This document shows positions 56,225-64,000 of a stretch of DNA of 64,000 nucleotides, piece by piece. This stretch comes from the human T2T-CHM13v2.0 reference genome, Homo sapiens. Below the pieces are notes generated by a model. The model saw nothing but the letters and a program-made list of their open reading frames with translations, was not told the origin of the DNA and did not search any database. The first letter of the stretch is position 1. Each line of letters begins with the position of its first letter. The position numbers and the translations under genes are program-made. Location of the stretch: assembly GCF_009914755.1 (NCBI RefSeq), contig NC_060947.1. The stretch is one strand, 5' to 3'.

Positions 56225-57310
56225 ACACCAAGAAAACAATCAGCAAAATCAAAAGGCAACTTACAGAATGGAAGAAAATATTTGCAAACCATATATCCAA
56301 TAAGAGGCTAATATCTAAAATTGTAAGGAACTCATTTAACTCAAGGGGAAAAAAATCAAACAACCTGATTTAAAAATCTGCAAAGAACTTGTACAGACAT
56401 TTTCCCAAAGAAAACATACAAATAGCCAAAAGATATTAAAAAGATGCTCAAAATCACCAACCATCAGGGAGATGCAAATGAAAACTACCTGTTAGGATGG
56501 CTATTGTGAAAAAGTCAAAAGATAAGTGTTGGTGAGGATGTGAAGAAATTGGAACTCTTGTGCACTGCTGGTGGGAATGTAAAATGGTACAGCCACTATG
56601 GAAAATAATATGGCAGTTTCTCAAAAAAAATTAAAAATAGAACTACCATATGACACAGCAATATCACTTCTGGGTACATATCCAAAATAATTGAAAGCAG
56701 GGTCTCGAACAGATATTTGTGCACTCATATTCATAGCATTATTCACATGTGCTAAAATGTGGAAGTAACCCAAGTGTCCATTGACAGATGAATGGATAAG
56801 TAAAATGTGATGTATATACATACAATGGAATATTATTCAGCCTTCAAATGAAAGAAGCCTGTGATGTGCAACAAAGTGAATAAACGCGGAGGACACTATG
56901 CTAAGTGAAATATGTCAGACACGGAAAAACAAATACTACATGATCTCACTAATATGTGAAGGCTAAAAAAAAGTTTAAACTCATAGTAATAGATAATAGA
57001 ATGGTGGTTACCAGAGTTTCATTGGGTGGGGGAATGGGGGAGATGCTGGTCAAAGGATATACACTTTAAGTTAAAAATTGATTAAGTTCTGGAGACTTAA
57101 TGTACAGCATGGCGACTATAGTTAATAATAATGTATTATATACTTGAAATTTGCTAAGAACAGATCTCAAGTATCCTCTCTATAAAAAAAGGTAACCATG
57201 AAGTGGATATGTTAATTAGCTTGGTTGTGGTAATCATTTCACAATATGTAGGTATATCAAAACATCACATTAAATATACACAATTTTTAATTGTCAATTA
57301 TATCTCAAAA
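56225..57310 (+). mobile_element. L1MA9-like 3' fragment
   Basis: ORF2 end and 3'UTR (aatgtacagcatggcgactatagttaataata). Confidence 0.75.
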
Positions 57311-57454
57311 AGGTAGGGGAAAGTCCCAAACATGTCCTAACTGTAGAGTGTGTACAAGAAACTTACTTCAAAAAAACTGATATAGGAGGGTTGAAAATAA
57401 AAGTTTGGAAAAAAATATACCATGAAACCATTAATCAAAAGTAGGAGTGGCTAT

Positions 57455-58735
<1,281 letters not shown>

Positions 58736-59285
58736 AATGGTTTAAAAAATGTGGTATATATTTATATACAATGGAATATTATTCATCCTTAAAAAGAAAG
58801 AAATTCCCTCATTTACAAAAACATGGATGAACTTGTAGGGATGTTATGTTAAGTTAAATAAGCCAGACACAGAACAACAAATACTGCATGATTTCACTTA
58901 TATGTGGTCTCTCAAAAAGTCAGACTCATTGAAACAAGGTAGAATGGTGGTCACCAAGGGCAGTAGTGGCAGGGCTGGGGTGAGGGGTGGGTAGGAAGAT
59001 TTTAGTTAAAGGGTACAAACTTGCAGTTATGCAAGATGAATAGGTTCTGGTGACCTAATGTACAGCATGGTGACTATAGTTAACAATAATATATTATGTA
59101 CTGAAATTTGCTAAGAGAGTGGATCTTAAGTATTCTTACCACACAAAGAAGTAACTATGTGAGGTGATGGATATGTTAATTAGCCTCATTGTGGTAATCA
59201 TTTCACAATGTATGCATATATCAAAATATATTGTTCACCTTGACTGTATACAATTTTTCAATTATACTTCAATAAAGTTGAAAAA
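58736..59285 (+). mobile_element. L1MA9-like 3'UTR fragment
   Basis: Closely resembles 56800-57310. Confidence 0.72.
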
Positions 59286-59313
59286 GGATCTTGTTTACAA
59301 AATATTGAAAGGA

Positions 59314-59702
<389 letters not shown>

Positions 59703-60031
59703 TGAAAGGAGTTTCTAACTCAATACTTAAAACAAAACAAAACAAAACAAACAAACAAAACAGGGCAAAAGATTTTAACAGGCATTTCACAAAAAGGGAT
59801 ACACACATGAAAAGCAAATGAAAAAAATGCTCAACATTATTAGTCATTATAAAAGTGCAAATTAAAGCCACAATGAGACATCATACCTATTTAAAAGGCT
59901 GACTATACCAAATGTGGGTCAGGATGTGGAGAAACTGAAACTCTCAAACACTGCTGGTAGGAATGTTAAATGAATGTTGTAACTACTTTGGAAAAGCTTG
60001 GCAATTTCTTGAAAATTTAAATACATAGCAC

Positions 60032-60448
60032 TGTATTAGTCTATTTTGTGTTGCTGTAACAGAATACCTAAGACTGTGTAATTTATAAAGAAAAGTTTAT
60101 TTAGCTCACAGTTTTAGTATGATAGCGTGGCCCTGACTTCTAATGAGGGCTTTTGTGCTACATCATAACTTGGTGGAGAAAGTTCAAAGGGGAAGCGGAT
60201 AGGAGCAAAGAGGCAAAACCCAAGTGATATCCTGGCTTTATAACAACCCACTCTCCTCAGAACTGATTCATCCCTGTAAGGACTCATCCAGCCTCTTGAA
60301 ACGAGAACTCACTCACTACTGCAAGAACAGCCCCAAGTTATTCATGACCTCCATGACCCAAACACCTCCCAAGTCCTAACACTGCCACATTGGAGAACAA
60401 ATTTAAACATGAATTTTGCTGGGGACAAACCATATCCAAACCATAGCA
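60032..60448 (-). mobile_element. MaLR MST-type solo LTR inside an L1ME-like 3' fragment (about 59740-61010)
   Basis: tgtattagtc...aaaccatagca, with TG...CA ends. Confidence 0.8.
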
Positions 60449-61784
60449 CTACCTACCATCCAAACCAGACTTTTCACTTCTATGTATTTACCAAAAGAAA
60501 TGAAAGCAAATGTCCATACAAAGAGACACACGTGAATGCTCACAGCAGCTTTATTTGTAATGTCCTAAAACTGAAAACAATCAAAATGTCTATGAACAGC
60601 TGAATAGATAAACAAATTGTAGGCTATCCATACAACAGACTACTACTCAGCAATAAAAAAGTATAAACTATACAGATATATGCAACAACATAGGTGGACC
60701 TCAGGGAATCATACTGAGTTAAAGAAGCCAGACTAAAAAGTATACTCAATTTCATTTATATAAAAATCTAGAAAATACAAATGAAGCTATAGTGACATTC
60801 AGTGATCAATGGCTGTCTGATGAAGGAGAGGTAGGGAGAGATTACAAAAGACCACAAGGAACCTTTTGGGGGTGGTAAATATGTTTATTATCCTGATTGC
60901 GATAATGGGTTCATAAGTATGTATGTGTAATCAAAGCTTATTGTACACTTATTCCAAATATATGCATTTAACTGTAGGTTGATTACACCTTCATAAAGCT
61001 GTTTTAAAAAACAACAATATAACATAAAATTGGGCATTTCTTTGCATAATTGCTAGAGGTGGGTGGGAAGGCCAGCTAGAATTATCATTATAAATTTAGT
61101 GTCAACTTGCATAGAGAACCCTGGAGATTGCTCTAAAGAGGTTTACATCTCTAAGGAATATACTATTCATTTCCAGGTTTTACTGGAATCTCAGCTCCTT
61201 GGAGTTAGTTTCATAGAAAACAAAGAGTATGTTTGCCAAATATAGCAAATTGTGAGAATTCACTATGTATTAGAAATATGGGGTACATAATTGATTCTTT
61301 AAAAGAATAAGAACTGTAAATTGTTATAACGCAAATACAGACACCACTGACCTTCTAGTTTAATAATAATGATCATTTTTCCATTTCAGGGTATGAAAAC
61401 TGTGCACATATAAAGTCACTTTTTCATTGATTCTTAGTTTCAGGATCTACCTGAAAAACCTTAACCCTGGTTGCAACCATTTGCTTTGCAGTTGCAAAAC
61501 CCACTCCAATATCTATCTGGTTGATCTGCCACTATGGAGTCCCCTAAAACTTTAGCTTTGCCATATTCATATGTATCCTTGAAAGTGCTCACGTATATAT
61601 GTGTGTGTACGTGTGTGTGTGTCCATACTACTTATGGTTGCTGGACTTTAGCTCACAAACTAGCAGCTGAATAAGAATCTTGCAATCACAGAATTTAGAG
61701 CTAGAAGGAACCTTAAAGTTCATTTATTCTGACTTCCTCCACACTGCCTCCTACCCCATCATTTACAAAAGGAACTAAGGCCTC

Positions 61785-62706
<922 letters not shown>

Positions 62707-63374
62707 TGGCCCTGAGAAGCTAAATGACTTGTCTGAGGTCGCATGGTCATTTAGTTAGTAGCAAGGACTCGTTCCAATATACCACATGTCACCTCTTGCT
62801 AACATATACTCACTGCTCATGCTAAATGGTGTTTTAGCAATCATCACTTTAATGCCTGTAAATGGGCTCAGTGTTAGTAAAACTGTCTTGCAATTTACTC
62901 TTAGACATAGCTCACAAGTGCTGATAAAACTGCTAAAGAAGCTAAATGCAGCATGATCTTGTCCAGGAATACTAACCTTATGTAAAATGATGGATTTGAA
63001 TTCTATTCCACAGACATACAGCTCAACTTGGAATGAAATATTATGTTTATTGTATTAGTTCTAATACTTTTCCAGAAATGATAACAGCTAAAGTGTTGAA
63101 TGCTTATCATATGCCAGGAATTTTACATTCCTTATTTAATCTTCAGAAAACCCCAACAGGTAAGTACTATTCATGAATAGTAAACTGAAGCATATATAGT
63201 TTAAATAATTTGCATAAGGTTAAGCATCTGCAAAGTGGAGGAACAAGAACTTGAAAACATGTAATCTGACGCCAAAGTCCACATTTTAAAATTATTCTAT
63301 ACTGGATGAATAGTTAATTTTTATTTATTTATTTCTGAAGAAGCTTGTTTAGATTTACATTTTATTTTTATTTT

Positions 63375-63645
63375 TTATTATTATAAGTAAATAATATGTA
63401 CATTTTTATAAGTACATAGTATGTACACACTTATGGGGTACATACAATAGTTTGACACAAGCATACAGTGTGTAATGATCAATTCAGGGTAATTGGGATA
63501 CCCACCACCTCAAGCATTTATCATTTCTTTTTGTTGTGAATGTCCCAATTTCACTTTTAGTTGTTTTGAAATATACAATAAATTATTACTAACTATAGTC
63601 ACCCTATTGTGCTACTGAATGCTAGATTTTATTCCATCTATCTAA
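63375..63645 (-). mobile_element. L1MA 3'-end fragment
   Basis: ttatggggtaca...taactatagtcaccctattgtgct is a reverse L1MA terminus. Confidence 0.7.
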
Positions 63646-64000
63646 CCTTCAGTTTAAAACAGCAGATTGAGTACAGTTATTTACCTCAAAAAAATAGAAT
63701 GAATGTAAGAATAAATCTATAGTAGAGCCAGAGAGCAGGAAAATATATTGTCTTTGGTAAGAAACTTTAAAGAATTTCTATAATTAAAAGCAATCAGACT
63801 GATGGAAAAATCAAGAGGTGAGAATCCTGAAACCCAACAGAAGCCAAAAAGGAGGCCATTGAAGAAATAGATAGGTTCCCCCCAGCAAAAAAAAAAAACA
63901 CCCTAGGAAACTCCACAAAATTAGAAATTAATTAGTAGGGGACAGGAAAAATTTGTGATGATCCTAGAGGAACTGCAGAAACTATTCCAATTCTCTGTTG

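Overview
This is primate (human or great-ape-like) genomic DNA, not prokaryotic. The window lies inside TEX11, the X-linked meiotic ZIP4/SPO22-family TPR gene, which is on the minus strand. Four coding exons (48035-48186, 44168-44253, 35729-35866, 16800-16902) have canonical GT-AG ends and consistent phases. They splice into ...ESVGFHFL...EEIFL/AHQTG...SSFE/VQNY...QLDK/AKEA...NSER. Most of the rest is transposable-element sequence: a full-length but dead L1PA3-type element nested in an older L1MA, a 3'-deleted L1PA4-6 5' half, a full-length SVA 43 nt from a TEX11 splice acceptor, a twin-primed L1, about 18 Alus, an Alu-split RPS26 processed pseudogene, and DNA-transposon and MaLR relics. I found no new protein-coding system. 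The leads most worth checking are (1) the SVA beside a branch-point region, (2) apparent gene conversion between two direct-repeat L1s that flank a frameshifting TEX11 exon, (3) L1 antisense-promoter/ORF0 units pointing in the TEX11 sense direction, and (4) insertion-associated deletions. Subfamily names come from remembered consensus motifs, and boundaries of old repeats are approximate.
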